Assembly: GCF_006345805.1 (NCBI RefSeq)
Contig: NC_043004.1
Coordinates: 65,534,001-65,598,000 of the forward strand
DNA length: 64,000 nucleotides
Source of the DNA: Octopus sinensis
Taxonomy: Eukaryota
Reading direction: 5' to 3'
Part shown: positions 25,792 through 40,107 of the stretch, piece by piece
Numbering within the stretch: position 1 is the stretch's first letter
Layout of the letters: each line of letters begins with the position of its first letter
Notes under the pieces: generated by a model
What the model saw: the letters and a program-made list of their open reading frames with translations, nothing else
Databases searched by the model: none
What the model was told of the DNA's origin: nothing
Position numbers and translations under genes: made by a program

Positions 25792-25890
25792 NNNNNNNNN
25801 NNNNNNNNNNNNNNNNNNNNNNNNNNNNNNNNNNNNNNNNNNNNNNNNNNNNNNNNNNNNNNNNNNNNNNNNNNNNNNNNNNNNNNNNNN
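25792..25890. other. Assembly gap (99 N)
   Basis: Run of n characters. Confidence 1.
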
Positions 25891-27195
25891 NAACGTCTCA
25901 AGCTTTCCGTAATGTTAAATAGAAGCTACTCATGTCTAACTGATAAACTAATTCTTCCCTCAGGAAATTATTTGTCTTGTTTTTATTTGTAAATCATTAT
26001 TTTACTGGTTTAAGAGGCAGTACTTTGGCAGAATCGGTGCAGTACCCGGGAATAAACCTCTAGGAACTTAGTCCTGCTCTGTTTCTTCTTATTTGAATTC
26101 CGGCTTCAGTTATTGTTGCTCACCACCTTTCCCAGACTGCATAATGTATAGCAACAGTCAAGTACTAGTGCGTACTTATTAGACATTTCACATCTCATAC
26201 TCGTAAACAATTCTTTTTTCCGGTTTAAGCCATTGTAATGCGACCATTCAATGGCAAAGCCTTCAAGTTTTATGCTTAGTTGATTACACTATCCATAATA
26301 ATTTTATGTTGCGCTTGATTTATGAATACCGCAAGAAGAAATTAGTTTTGTTGGCTTCAGTTTAGAGACGTAAAAACACAACTACAACTGGAAAGATTAA
26401 CTCAACGTATTTTTGCTTGGCTTACCTGCTTTTCACACACACACACGCACACACACGCGCGCACATTTTGACTTATGTTCTCACAATTCTGCGAATCCAT
26501 TGTTTCCACGTCTAATATGTTATCTAACAACTAAGCACACACGCGAAAAGATGCTCATGATGAGACTGTTATCGAGCGGTTTAGTCCAGGTATTTTCTTT
26601 CCATTCTCTTTTCTCATTAAGACAGAAACCCATCTTTTCACCGCTGTTATTCAAGTCTGAATTTGTGCCTATTTCACATAAGTTTATCAACCTATTCCCA
26701 AAATATTTTCCAGCCATTACTTGATAATTGAATCAATCGACAATGCCCAGTTTATACAATGCGTATGGTCACTGTGATAAAGATATTAACCATTATTTAT
26801 GTTTCAGCATTGTTGTTGTGTTGCTATTGTTTGTTCCTTCGCCTTCACAATTAAACACCATTGTATGTCTCTGGAGAAAAGGTCATCGAATTAACCTCAC
26901 CGGGAACATTATATTTCTTATCCGTAGAAAGGTAGTTTTCTTATTGGTTAACAAGCCTAATTCACCAATAATGCACTGTAGGTGAACACAGATGCGCATA
27001 AAGTTGCATGTAGACTCACACCTACAGAAAGTCTGAGAGAAAGTCATACAAACAAATGCAGGGCAACACACATGAACACCAGATGCACGTTTATACGTAA
27101 GCATGATAATGTACAGGCTGTGCATTAATGATTATGTGTACTGATATACATGGACACTATAAGCACACGTACATGCATAAACATGCCTAAACATA

Positions 27196-27235
<40 letters not shown>

Positions 27236-27761
27236 TAAGCTAGTTCTCCTCTCCTCATTGTGTAATGACTTCATAATGCAGCCATTTCAAGTTCTACTTT
27301 TATCTTTGCAAAGTCGATAAAAAAGTAACACTGACATACTAGGACCTGCTTTTTCTTTCATTCGTTCTTCCTTTCTTATTTTCATTTCCTATCTCTCCGT
27401 CCCCCCCACCTTACTATCTAAGAATCAATTTATGCTTCTTATGCATTCAAAATGGACGTCCAGGCGTGTGCTGATATAGCGCAGTCCTACACCACTCGGG
27501 AACTCACACTCACGCCCAAATTGAAGGAAGATCAAAGTAGAGTTGTATATTAAATAATAGATAGAAACAGGAAGTAGACGTCGATATGATTTACGATTCT
27601 TTTAGCGGCATCATTGTGTAGCTAAGAACGGCATTGATAAAAAGGGATAGAGCACCACAATTTTAGAAACTTTATTAAAATTAGAATTAATTTCATGTTC
27701 TAAAGAATCTCACTTCGGAAACATTTTTGTTCTCCGTAGGATTTTCAGTAATTGTCTTCTA

Positions 27762-28188
27762 ATTCAGTCCCGCTCCGACAAATTTCCAATAACTTTTAAG
27801 CGTAGTTGGTAGATGGAAACTGTACAGAAGCCCGTTATATGCGTATACACACACACATACATGTATATATGTATGTATGTAAATATATATGTATATACAC
27901 ACACATTTATATGTATGTAAGTATGTATATGTATATATATGTATACACACACACACGCATATATGTGTGTGTGTGTCTCGTTTTGTCTGTATTTGTATCC
28001 CAACTGCTTCTAACAAGTGTGGGATTGTTTTTGCTCATATAACTTAACGGTTCAAAAGAGAATCGATGAAAGAAATAACAGAGATATATATATATAACAA
28101 AAAATACTAGGATTGATTTGTTCGACTAGGTCCCTTCAAGGCATTGCTCCTGTGCAGCGGCGGTTCAATGACTGAATGAAGTGAAAGA
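27762..28188 (+). mobile_element. Diverged SINE family A
   Basis: tcagtccc...ggtagatggaaactgtacagaagcccgtt, internal microsatellite, tail caatgactgaatgaagtgaaaga. Confidence 0.6.
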
Positions 28189-30308
28189 AGCGCCTGGTGG
28201 GTGGGCTGGAGCTACGTCAAATGAAGTGTTTTGCTCAAGCACACTATACATCCCTCAGTGCAGAAATCGAAACCTCATTCTTACGGTCTTGTGTGCAACA
28301 CTCTAACCACTAACCCACACACATCCAAAATATATGCATACATACATACCTTTATATAGACGTATATGCATAGACACACACAAAACAACCATGCATTATG
28401 CTGTTTAAATTCCAGTGAAATGGTGCTGATCATGCAAGAAATGGGCTGTTTCTCTGTTTGTGAAAAATTCGAAAAATATAATCAGAAAAACACAGACATT
28501 CCCACACGATGCACACTCATACACAGACAGACACATACACCCAAACACACACACACGTACACACATACATGCACACACATGTACGTATAAATACATATGT
28601 ACACATATGTGCGGCATAGAGATGTGTTCACAAAAGCAACATTTCTTTTCATCTTGCTTCGCTGAAATAGTTGAATTTGGAATATATTTAGCATTATATT
28701 TGAATAACTTCTTTCAGTATATTTTCCATTTTCTTCTCTTTCTTTATTTTTCGGTATTTTATTCACTTTTATCTTTCTACAACGATTTTCTCGTATCTAG
28801 TAGCGTGAAGCTGAACTACCTTACTATCCTATGCTTACATCTACTTCCAAACCGCTTGAAATATTGGGGAAAAAACTGACAAAAAAACTAGAAGTAACGT
28901 TTAACATACATAAATAATTAAATATATAAATGTATGAACATATAATAAATTTTTTACCATTTGCCCCACTAATTGGAATATTGATGAAACAGATACCAAA
29001 TGCACTTTGACAATTTAAAAACTTCAAAAGCAGTATAGTATATAAAAAGGAAATTTTTGCTTTAAAATTAAGCAAATATTCAGATGAAATAAATAATGTT
29101 TGAAGACAAATTATTCGCTGAGTTGCATTGTTATACTCAATGTAGCGAAGTTTTTTGTTTTTTTTTAAATTTTTTAAATTCCGTATATGACAGGGTTACA
29201 CGATGTGGATGTAATCACTTATGATTACAAACAGTGTCTCGTTTTTCAAATTCCAGCGAGAGACACACACGCACACACAAAAAGAAGCAGACACAATATA
29301 CATGCACATAAATAGTGTGCGTTTATGTGAATGCATGTATATGTATATACATATGCATATAATGTATATCTATCTATCTATCAATCCATCCATCCATCTA
29401 TCTATCTATTTATCTCTCTATTTTACTTTCATCAAATATAAGGGGTTTTCTGCTGATACGGATTTCATATGTTCAGCTACTATGCACACATAACGATACA
29501 TCAATCCACGCACACACATACACATAGACACAAACATATACACACGCATATCCATTTATATGTATATATATATATATATACCACATAGATACATACGTAT
29601 ATATATATATATAACTTATATAATATATTCATACATATATAAATGTACATATATATATATATTTACATGCATATATATATATATTCATATATACATATAT
29701 ATGTATATATCCATTTATATATGCTCACACTCACACACATACATATATTTCAAATGTATACATAACTATATATATATATATATACATCTTTATGCACACA
29801 CACACACATACACACGCATGTCTAAAGACAAACGCTATCTCACCCGTATGTATATTCATGGCTGTATGGCTGTACGTTCTATTACATTTCATTTAGTTTC
29901 AAGTGTTCGTTTCATGTCACACGATGATTTATGTCTGATGAGTAGTTTTTCGGTTTTTTCAACCCGTTTCAATGATTCGTTATATAAATAAGGTGATACA
30001 TCATAATATACGCATATATGCGTGCACACACTCGCACGCGCACATACAGACAGACAAACAGACAGATAGATACACAGACACAAACATTTATAGTCTGCAC
30101 TCACATTGTACATACGAACATACATCTACATAGACACAAATGGACTTAAACATGTGTGTATATATATATATGTGTGTATATATATATATATATATAATAT
30201 ATATTATATATATATATATATATGTAGGTCCCGGGTTGAGTCGGGGTTAACCACAGTAAATAAGGTACTCAATACATAGCAGAGCAAAGTAATTTATTTT
30301 ATAGAAGA

Positions 30309-30359
30309 AGCCTCTACAGGACTAGAACTGTTTCATTCAGATGAAATCTTCAGGAAGCT
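30309..30359 (-). ncRNA. Type I hammerhead ribozyme (family 2), left arm
   Basis: Minus strand reads AGCTTC-CTGAAGA-TTTCATCTGAAT-GAAACAG-TTCTAGTC-CTGTA-GAGGCT. Confidence 0.75.
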
Positions 30360-31039
30360 GGCTGTCAAAATAAGTTCTGGTATTTATGCATTTAGGCAGA
30401 TATAATGGGGTGGTGGGGGGACGTTTTTTGGGTAGGTTGGTATTTAGGAGATAAACAGGGCACAAGCTATTGTTCTTAGGGGAGTGGTCAAAAGGCCAGA
30501 GAGTTTTTTGAAAAGAGAAGAATCAGTGAGAAAATAAATAAATGAATAGACTAAGAGACTATATATTTATGTATGCGTATGTGTATTTATATATACATGT
30601 GTATTTGTATATAAATGTATGTGTGTATGCATGTATATTTGTTTATTGATGTAAGCATATATATATATATATATGGACATGTAGATTTATGTATGTGTAT
30701 ATATATATGTGTATATGTGTAGATTTGTATATGTATGTACGTGTATGTACGTGTATGTATGTGCATGTGTGTATATGTGTGTATGTATGTATATGCATGT
30801 GTGTATTTATATATGCATATATGTATTTATATGCGTATATATACTTATATATGCGTATTTGTATTTATATGCACATATGGTTTTATATGTGCATATGTGT
30901 TTATATATGCGTGTATATATTTATATGTGTGTGTTTTTGTGTACATATGTATATTTATGTATGTGTTTATATATGCATAATTATGTATATGTTTATATGT
31001 ACATGGGTATATTTATGTATGCATACTTATGTGTATTTG

Positions 31040-31078
<39 letters not shown>

Positions 31079-31612
31079 ATATATATATATGTGTGTGTGT
31101 GTATGTAGGTGTATGTATGTATATGTATATGTATATGTATGTATATATATATATGTGTATGTGTATATATGTATATATGTATGTATGTGTTTGTTTGTAT
31201 GTATATATATGTGCGTATGTTATGTATACTTGTGTATATTCGCATGTGTATGTATGTGTGTTTGTAAGTATATTTATTGTATATGTTTTTTTCATGTATA
31301 TTTATCTATTTATTCCCTCCACCTAACAAAAACAAACTGCCTACCTCTCCTTGACCACCTAAAAGCAATTGTCTTCTAATTTACCTAAAATCCCATCCCA
31401 TAAGTCTGTTTCTATTCATTTATTCATTTATTTATTTTCTCACTGATTCTTCTCTTTTCAAAAAACACTCTGGCCTTTTGACCATTCCCCTAAGAACAAT
31501 AGCGTGTGCCCTGTTTTTTCTCCTAAATACCAACCTACCCAAAAAACGTCCCCCACCATCACCCCATTATATCTGCCTAAATGCATAAATACCAGAACTT
31601 ATTTTGACAGCC

Positions 31613-31663
31613 AGCTTCCTGAAGATTTCATCTGAATGAAACAGTTCTAGTCCTGTAGAGGCT
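31613..31663 (+). ncRNA. Type I hammerhead ribozyme (family 2), right arm
   Basis: Stem I AGCTTC/GAGGCT (6 pairs, one G-U), core CTGAAGA at 31619-31625, GAAA at 31638-31641, stem III ACAG/CTGT, GUA ending at 31657. Stem II is weak. Confidence 0.75.
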
Positions 31664-31710
31664 CCTGTTATAAAATAATAATAAAAAAAAAATATATATA
31701 TATATATATA

Positions 31711-31976
31711 GGCGCAGGAGTGGCTGGGTGGTAAAGTAGCTTGCTAACCAACCATATGGTTATACGTGTGTGTGTTTGTGTGTCTGTGTTTGTCCCCCTA
31801 GCATTGCTTGACAACCGATGCTGGTGTGTTTATGTCCCCGTTACTTAGCCGTTCGCAAAAGAGACCGATAGAATAAGTACTGGGCTTACAAAAGTATAAG
31901 TCCCGGGGTCGAGTTACTCGATTAAAGGCGGTGCTCCAGCATGGCCGCAGTCATATGACTGAAACAAGTAAAAGAG
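31711..31976 (+). mobile_element. SINE family A with internal deletion
   Basis: Head ggcgcaggagtggctgggtggtaaagtagc joins the tail ...ccagcatggccgcagtcatatgactgaaacaagtaaaagag. Confidence 0.85.
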
Positions 31977-32030
<54 letters not shown>

Positions 32031-32182
32031 TATATATACATATCTATATATATATATATATATACATATATGTATATACATTGATATATATATATATATA
32101 TATATCTTTATATATCTATGTATGTGTATGCATGTATATATGTACATACACACATACAACACACACAACTCATACATATAGG

Positions 32183-32310
32183 TTAGCGTGGCTGCGTGGT
32201 TAAATATTTGTTTTCTTGCCACATGGTTCCAGGTTCAGTCCCACAGCGTGGTACCTTCGGCCACTGTCACGTGACTGAATTTGATTGATGGAAACGGTAA
32301 GAAGCTCGTC

Positions 32311-32353
<43 letters not shown>

Positions 32354-32941
32354 AAAATAGTAAAGAGTGAAAAAACGACAGAAGGCTTAAATGTTAAAAA
32401 ATATATATATTTGTGTCAAAATGTCTGGAGAATATTGGAAAAATTTTTTTCCTTTCCTTTAAATGACAATTTTAAAATTTTTAAAGAAATTGCCGGTTTC
32501 GCGTGTAGCTTTTCAAATTTCTTGTGACGTTTCTTGAAAAGTACAAACCCAGACTCAACCATCCGAACATACTGACACAGAGAAATTAACAAGGGAAAAG
32601 GGAAAAAAATTTGTAAGCGATTATCTCCCTTACACCGGAAGAAATCACTCACTACCTCCCCTTATTTAGAAATCTCCTAAAAATGAACACAACGATAACT
32701 CCATGCAATATAAACATAACGTCACAAGAAATTTGAAAAGCTACACGCGAAACCGGTAATTTCTTTAAAAATTTTTAAATTATGTCATTTTAAGGAAAGG
32801 AAAAAAATTTTTCCAATATTCTCCAGACATTTTGACACAAATATATATATTTTTTAACATTTAAGCCTTCTGTCGTTTTTTCACTCTTTACTATTTTCTT
32901 ATATATTCACCCACGTGCTTTACCAAACAAACTTTCTTATC

Positions 32942-32999
<58 letters not shown>

Positions 33000-33258
33000 T
33001 TTGTGTGTGTGTTGTGCGTGTGTGTTTGTGTAAATGTGTGCGTTTCTGTATTTGTGTGTGTGTGTGTGTCTATGTTGTCCTCCCATCAACGCTTGACAAC
33101 GGAAGTTGATGTGTTTACGTCTCCGTAACTTAGCATTTCGGATGAAGAAACCGATAGAATAAGAACTAGGCTTAGAAAGTCCGGGGTTTAATTTATCCGT
33201 CTAAATTCGGTGCTCCAGCATGGCCGCAGTCACATGGTTGAAACAAGTGACAGATAAA
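32183..33258 (+). mobile_element. SINE family A split by a foldback insertion
   Basis: Head at 32183-32310, tail at ~33065-33258. Confidence 0.7.
32351..32900. mobile_element. Foldback/MITE with TIRs of about 180 bp
   Basis: 32351-32531 is a near-perfect reverse complement of 32718-32900. Unique spacer of about 185 bp. TA flanks. Confidence 0.9.
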
Positions 33259-33589
33259 CTATAATATATACATATACATATTATACATGCATATGTGGGC
33301 ACAGGACGTCATGAAACGTGTACAACAAAAATACGAATTACGAGTAAAGGGAATATCAACGATTTTTAAGAACATCGAAAGACACAAACGAAAAACAAGA
33401 GAAACAACATAAAGAACATCCTTTTGTCAGTTGTTGGTTGTTTTTCTAATGTCATATTTCCAGCTTTTAACAACAATATACGGGTATAGGATTAGTGGAA
33501 TCGAGCGTAGTGAGGCATTAAAATAGTCATGAATTCCATCCAAGGATTATTACTCTTTTAGCATCATTTATCGCTTTTATAGGGTTAGG

Positions 33590-34600
33590 CATTGAATCAC
33601 CTAGTTTCTTGCAGTTGCTAGACGCAATTTTACTCCATCCTTCTCTCAACTTTTGGTGCAGATGCTCTTTATTTTTCGTTGTTGTGTTCCTGATAGCTTC
33701 ACGAAGAGTTCCCCATAGGTGTTCGTGCTGGCCAGTCTATGGGAACAATACTCTGTGTCTCAAACCATTTACGAGTATTCTTTGCTGTACGGCATGGAGC
33801 GTTGTCCCGTTGAAAGATAACACTGTTTTTCAACACTCCTGGATGCAATTTAGCAATTGATGGCTCTAAAACATCTGATAACATAGAAACATAGTTAGCT
33901 GAATTCATCCTTCCCCGACAAAAGAACATTTATTCGGGTCCTGTGGCAGACATGCAGGCCCACGCCATGATAGAACCATCCACATCTTTTACAGATGGTA
34001 CCTGTCATTCAGCCTTAAATGTTTTCCCAACTCTGCGACGCACGAAAGTTGCACCCTGATGTACCGAAAACTTGAGTAAAAACACGAAAAATAATATTAG
34101 CTTTATGTTGGATACTTGTTTTTATATATTTGTGCAACAAATGAAATACATTAGGTTTATATGGTAATTGAACACATGTACTACCTTACCTCCAAGTTAC
34201 TTTTATCAGACCATATGACTTTCAACCATTGCTCACTGGTTCAATTTGAGTGGTTTTTGGCACACTGAAGACGTTTTTCCATATTCGCTTCTTCCTGACT
34301 TTACAGCCCTTCTAACAGTTCTGGTTGACATTTGTGAAGTATTTGCCTCATTGAAGTCCACACAGAGCTCCGACTATGATTTTGTCCTGTTTCTGTGCGA
34401 CAGACTAGAGATGGATCTGGCATCGCAAGATGATGTAACCTTTTTTCTACCTGTTCTTTGTATTGTCGTCACATCTTTTGTCTCTGAAGTGCTTGAGAGT
34501 CGTTTACACCGCACATCGAGAACATTTCATCTTCTGAGCAATTTGCCTTTGAGACACTCCATCTTCATTTGACTTCGCTCACACTCAACTCCCTTGTTCT
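33590..34600 (-). mobile_element. Degraded Tc1-like transposase
   Basis: GVSQRQIAQKMKCSRCAV and RTGRKKVTS (HTH region, ~34450-34570). IFQRDNAPCRTAK...WFETQSIVPIDWPART (DDE region, 33699-33929). Confidence 0.8.
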
Positions 34601-34899
34601 AGGTATTTTACTGTTTATTAACTGTATCTACTACATATTTTAGCATAAAACTCTGAAATAATCGAGGAAACATGAGTTTATTTTGCACGTTCGTTTTAAT
34701 CATAATAGGTAGCATATGTACAGTATAAAAGTGGTAATTGATGCTAAAAGAGGGTCAACCAGATATTAAAACTAATGTATATGTGAAATTATATATATAT
34801 ATATATGTATATGTATGTATGCATATATACATTTATATATATATATGTATATATATATGTATATATATATGTATATATGTGTGTATATATAAATATATA

Positions 34900-34945
<46 letters not shown>

Positions 34946-35196
34946 TATGTATATATATATATGTATATATGTGTATATATATATGCTTGTGTGTGTGTGT
35001 GTATACATCTATATATATATGTACATATATGTATGTACAAATATATACATTTACTGCGATTCCTGTAAATATACCCCTATATATACAAATATTGAAGCAT
35101 TAATATTTTGCAAATTTTCATCTGAATATGTTTTAGTGTACATATCTTTAATACATATTATGTCTTTATCTTTTATCAATCCTTGAAAAAGTTTTC

Positions 35197-35380
35197 TACG
35201 ATAATTTCAGTTTATGCCAAACAAAAAAACAAAAGGTAAAGTGCAAATCTGGAAGCTCATGTCATGAACAACGTTCTCCAATAAATAGTAAAGACAGATC
35301 ATTTCTCTGTCGTGTATACTGACGATATGTAAAGCTCCTTTCGCTGATTCGTCCAGAATGTTACATTTTAAATCGTATGA
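35197..35380. repeat. Segment of about 185 bp duplicated at 39925-40107
   Basis: Both copies share tacgataatt..catgaacaacgtt..gtgtatact..attcgtccagaatgttacattttaaatcgtat in direct orientation. Confidence 0.85.
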
Positions 35381-35384
35381 AATC

Positions 35385-35805
35385 CATTAGACTGCGGCAA
35401 TCCGGGAACACCACCTTGAAAAAGTTTTAGCCGAATGAATTTGACCTCCGTACTTCATGTTTTAAAAACCTGGTAAGTATACTTTTGGACGCTTTGCGGA
35501 ACCACTAAGCTACGGAGACGCAAAACATCAACAGAGATTGTCAAGCAGTGGAGGGGGCAGGGCAGACACAGTCACTATGACAGACACATACGCACACACA
35601 AACACACACACACGTACACACACACATATATATATATATACATACGACGGCTCCTTCCAGATTCCGTCCATCAAATCCACTCACAAGGGTTTGGTCGGCC
35701 CATGGCTATAGTATAAAACACTTACCCAAGATGCCACTCCGCGAGACTGAACCCGGAACCATGTGATTACGAAGCAAAGTTCCTACCACACAGCCACGCC
35801 CGCAT
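35385..35805 (-). mobile_element. Diverged SINE family A
   Basis: gactgcggc tail, aaatccactcacaagggtttggtcggccc body, accacacagccacgcccgca head. Confidence 0.75.
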
Positions 35806-35901
35806 CTGCCTGTCTCTCTATCCGTCTGTCTGTCTTTCAGTTTCTGTCTGTGTGTCTACCTGTCTGTTTATCTCTCTCTCTCTCTCTCTCTGTATATGTA
35901 T

Positions 35902-36401
<500 letters not shown>

Positions 36402-37044
36402 TGTGTGTGTGTGTGTGTTGTGTGTGTGTGTGTTGTGTGTGTGTGTGTGGTGTGTGTGTGTGTGTGTGTGATATAATTGTAACAGATCCTTGGAAAACCT
36501 AATCTTGGTAAAATCTTCCAGAAGATGAAGAGAAGTTTTCCTTTGACTGTAAAGGTTGTTTTGTGTTAGCGTCATTAAATTCCCTGTTTAAACGCAATAT
36601 TTTAAAAAATAAGTCTAAAATAAATTTTGGTTAAAATGTGTAGATATAATCTTTAGCGTAAAATACTTTTTATTGCAGCTAAAAAGCTGGAATTATTGGA
36701 AGTGGTGTCTAGACAATTCCATCGCCATCAGCCCCCAACTGGTACTTACTTTATCGGTTAAGAAATAATAAACGGCAAAGTCAACCACGATGGAATTTTG
36801 ATTCAAAAATTAAAGACGGACGAAATGCTGCTTAGTTTTGCCATCTCGTTGTCTTTGTTCTGTACATAATCTCATTAAACAAAGAATAGTATCGCTTTTA
36901 ATGCATCTCTAATTTATTAATCGATCTAGCTGCGAAGAATCGGTTATAAATCAAATCAATCTATATAATTTAAAATTTAGCTATTTTAATAGTGGTTTGA
37001 CAAGCAATAACTGCGGAGGAAGATAATAAAGGGACATTTATCTG

Positions 37045-37368
37045 GCTCTCAATCGGCTGAGAAGATGCGTGTTCCAGTCGATCCGTTGAACGGAACAGCC
37101 TGCTCGTGAAATTAACGTGCTGTTGGCAGAGTACCCCAAAACGCGCGTACCTTTAGCGTAGTTCTCATGGAGTTTCAGCGATAAAGACAATGTGACAAAG
37201 CTGGCCCTTTCGAAATACAGATACGACCCATTTTTTTTGTAGCTGAGCAAACTGAAGCAACGTGAAATAAAGTGTCTTGATAAAGGATACAATCCACTGT
37301 CGGAAATCGAACTAGTGACGTAACAATCATGAACCGAATACCTTAATCACAAAGCCAGGCGCCTTCAC
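37045..37368 (-). mobile_element. SINE with family C-like head/CORE and family B tail
   Basis: Minus strand reads caagacactttatttcacgttgcttcag, then ctgtatttcgaaagggccagctttgtcaca...gcacgttaatttcacgagcagg. Confidence 0.7.
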
Positions 37369-38868
37369 AATGAGGGGACTTAGTCTTCGATGAAATCCTA
37401 ACATGCGGTTCTGGATTCAAACAGCCTCTTTATCCTTCCGCCAAAATATCGTATACGAATCCGCGGTGTGCACACCTGTCGAAACATAAAGCGTCAAAAA
37501 TCTACACGTATATTGTGGAATATAGTTTAGAATTGGAGGTCAAGCGTAATCTATGAATTACTCGAGTTAATACAGAAATAAATGATTTGTTAATCTTTAT
37601 GTTCATAACTTCAGAAATATTTATAACAATATTTTTGTCACTCAATACACGACCACTTACTTAACTTCTTACTTTTCATGCAGATGATAGGTTGCAGTGA
37701 TTATACTGAGATTAATACTGACATAATGCATATTAAAATATGCTAATTTTTCAGGCTTGATCGTGTGTGATATTACGAGTCTACCTTGTGATTTTCTCTT
37801 CACAACATTGTTGACTGCAATGAAGCCAATGATCAGCCTGTAATTGGCTGAACACGGCCTTATGTATTATTCACGGCATTCTCGGAAAGAATCTCTAAGA
37901 TACATCGTTTGACAAAGCTGGACCTTTGAATTACAAATACAAGGCTCGTATTTTATTATTGTAGTAATGTCTGAGTATTCCAAATAAACTGATGTTCTTC
38001 ATATAATGATTAAGTCGAACTGAGTTGACGTAGCTAATGATAATGTTGGAACACTGAAGTAAATGTAATTGGCCTGACTGTGATGAAAGAGAATCGCTCA
38101 GTAAATGAACAAGATTGCATAAACGGTTTGACAGTGAGATTATATTAAATTTTGATGCACCGAAAACTAATGAGACTCATGTTAGTTGAAGTTAAAATTT
38201 ATTGGCTGCCATATTGTATGTTATTATCTCTACGTCATTTAGCTTCTATATCTGTTTTGAGTAAAAATAATTGTGCTGAACAGCTTCTATTAGTTAGATT
38301 TACAACATTCATTACGTGCATCTGTCAACAAGGAAACAGCGTTAATTTATATTCTTTCTAAATAGTTTTTTGATAAATTTCACTTTTTAAAAAAAATTAT
38401 ATATAACAAAATAAAACTGAGTTCAAAAAGTAACGTATCAGGAAATCTTAATAAACAAAATAACAATGAAAAAGTAACAAAAACAAACAGAAACAAAACA
38501 AAATCCAAGACACTCCGCTGGTCACATGTCATGAAGAAAGGTTGCTGCGTTTACGTCTGATATGGCAGGAGCTACCGGAGAGCTAAATATAATGGAGTCT
38601 AACATGATTTCGAGAACACCTGAGAATATTATATTACAATGGAGTATATATCTTGACTTGTAGACACGTATGTACGAATAATTAAGCAATTCGTCTCACG
38701 GCCACAAGATCCGCGTTCTATCCTATGTAGCAACATGGTCAAATGAAGTGTTCTATAAGCTCTGGACAAACAATAAGTCAAACAATAATTCAAACAATGG
38801 TAGCCTTAATATACAAATAAAGAGTGTTCTTCAGGTATTGAGCACTGATTCTCATTGTTCGACATTCG

Positions 38869-38921
<53 letters not shown>

Positions 38922-39924
38922 TACTCGAATACCAAAGGTAGAGTAGTATACATTTTCTTGACATAAAATTATGACACAAGTTTTACTCAATTTCACGTTA
39001 AATAAAACCTTCATATGTGTGTGTGTATGTGTGTGTATGTGTGTATGTATGCGTGTATGTATGAATATTTGTATTTATATATATATATATAAATTTAATT
39101 TTTAGTTATCTTGTGTAAACATGTGTAAATAAATTAGACAAATTAAATATACTCTCGGAATAAATTTTAACATCTTAGGAGAGTATTGTAGTTCGCTTGA
39201 AGCATTGTGTATTGTTTGTAAAGAATAAAAAGTTTTGAATGGTACCACAATGCATTATAATACAGACAATGGTCTGTGTATACCTGTTGTAATTTAGTCA
39301 TCCATAGTCTGATATGATATTTCGGAATAATATTCCTTCTTCAGATATTCTGAAGTGGAGTCGCTGCTATAATCGGTTTTCTAACGGCTTGAGAATGTTA
39401 ACTTGTTTCTTACTAGGAGAATTTTAGTGAAATATGTAATTTGAAAACTATATAAAGAAAAACATGAACACATTATCGTCATGATGTTCATGCATTTAAT
39501 TTCAAAGTTTTATGTATATATTGAAATATAGTTAAGTTGTAATGTATTTGGTTGTATCATGTAACGTAAAGTATAATTGTTAGCAATGTTAGAAATGAAT
39601 TAGATGCGGCTGAGGTATATGTACCCTCATATGTTTATATATATATATGTTTGTGTATGTGTATGCGTGTGTTTCTGTGTTTGTGAGAGAGGGAGAAAGA
39701 TAAAGAGAGAAGGATAGGTGTGCGTGTATGCAAATATATGAAGAATCTGATAATGAACCGATAAGCATCCGCTCTTAAAGTCTCCTCTCAGACATAGATG
39801 TTATTGATATTTTCATTTCGTCAATGTTTCTTTCTTCGCTACTATGTATCAGTGAGTCTGTGACTTTAATTCGTCCCTCAGGATACAACATACTTCTGTC
39901 TCTAGTGACACTTACCGGGCAAGA

Positions 39925-40107
39925 TACGATAATTTTAGTTTACGTCAAACAAAAAAAGAAAAGAAAAAAATACAATTCTTGAAGTCCATGCCATGAACAA
40001 CGTTCCCCAATGAATGGTAAAGACAAATCACTTCTCTGTTGTGTATACTAACGATATATGAAGTTCCCTTCGTCGATTCGTCCAGAATGTTACATTTTAA
40101 ATCGTAT
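39925..40107. repeat. Second copy of the 35197-35380 segment
   Basis: Aligned by eye with 35197-35380. Confidence 0.85.

Larger units (their letters stand above)
30223..31680. mobile_element. Small inverted-arm PLE-type element (second family) with a hammerhead in each arm
   Basis: ~30290-30560 is the reverse complement of ~31390-31675. The spacer is degenerate (TATG)n. Flanked by (TA)n. Confidence 0.8.
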
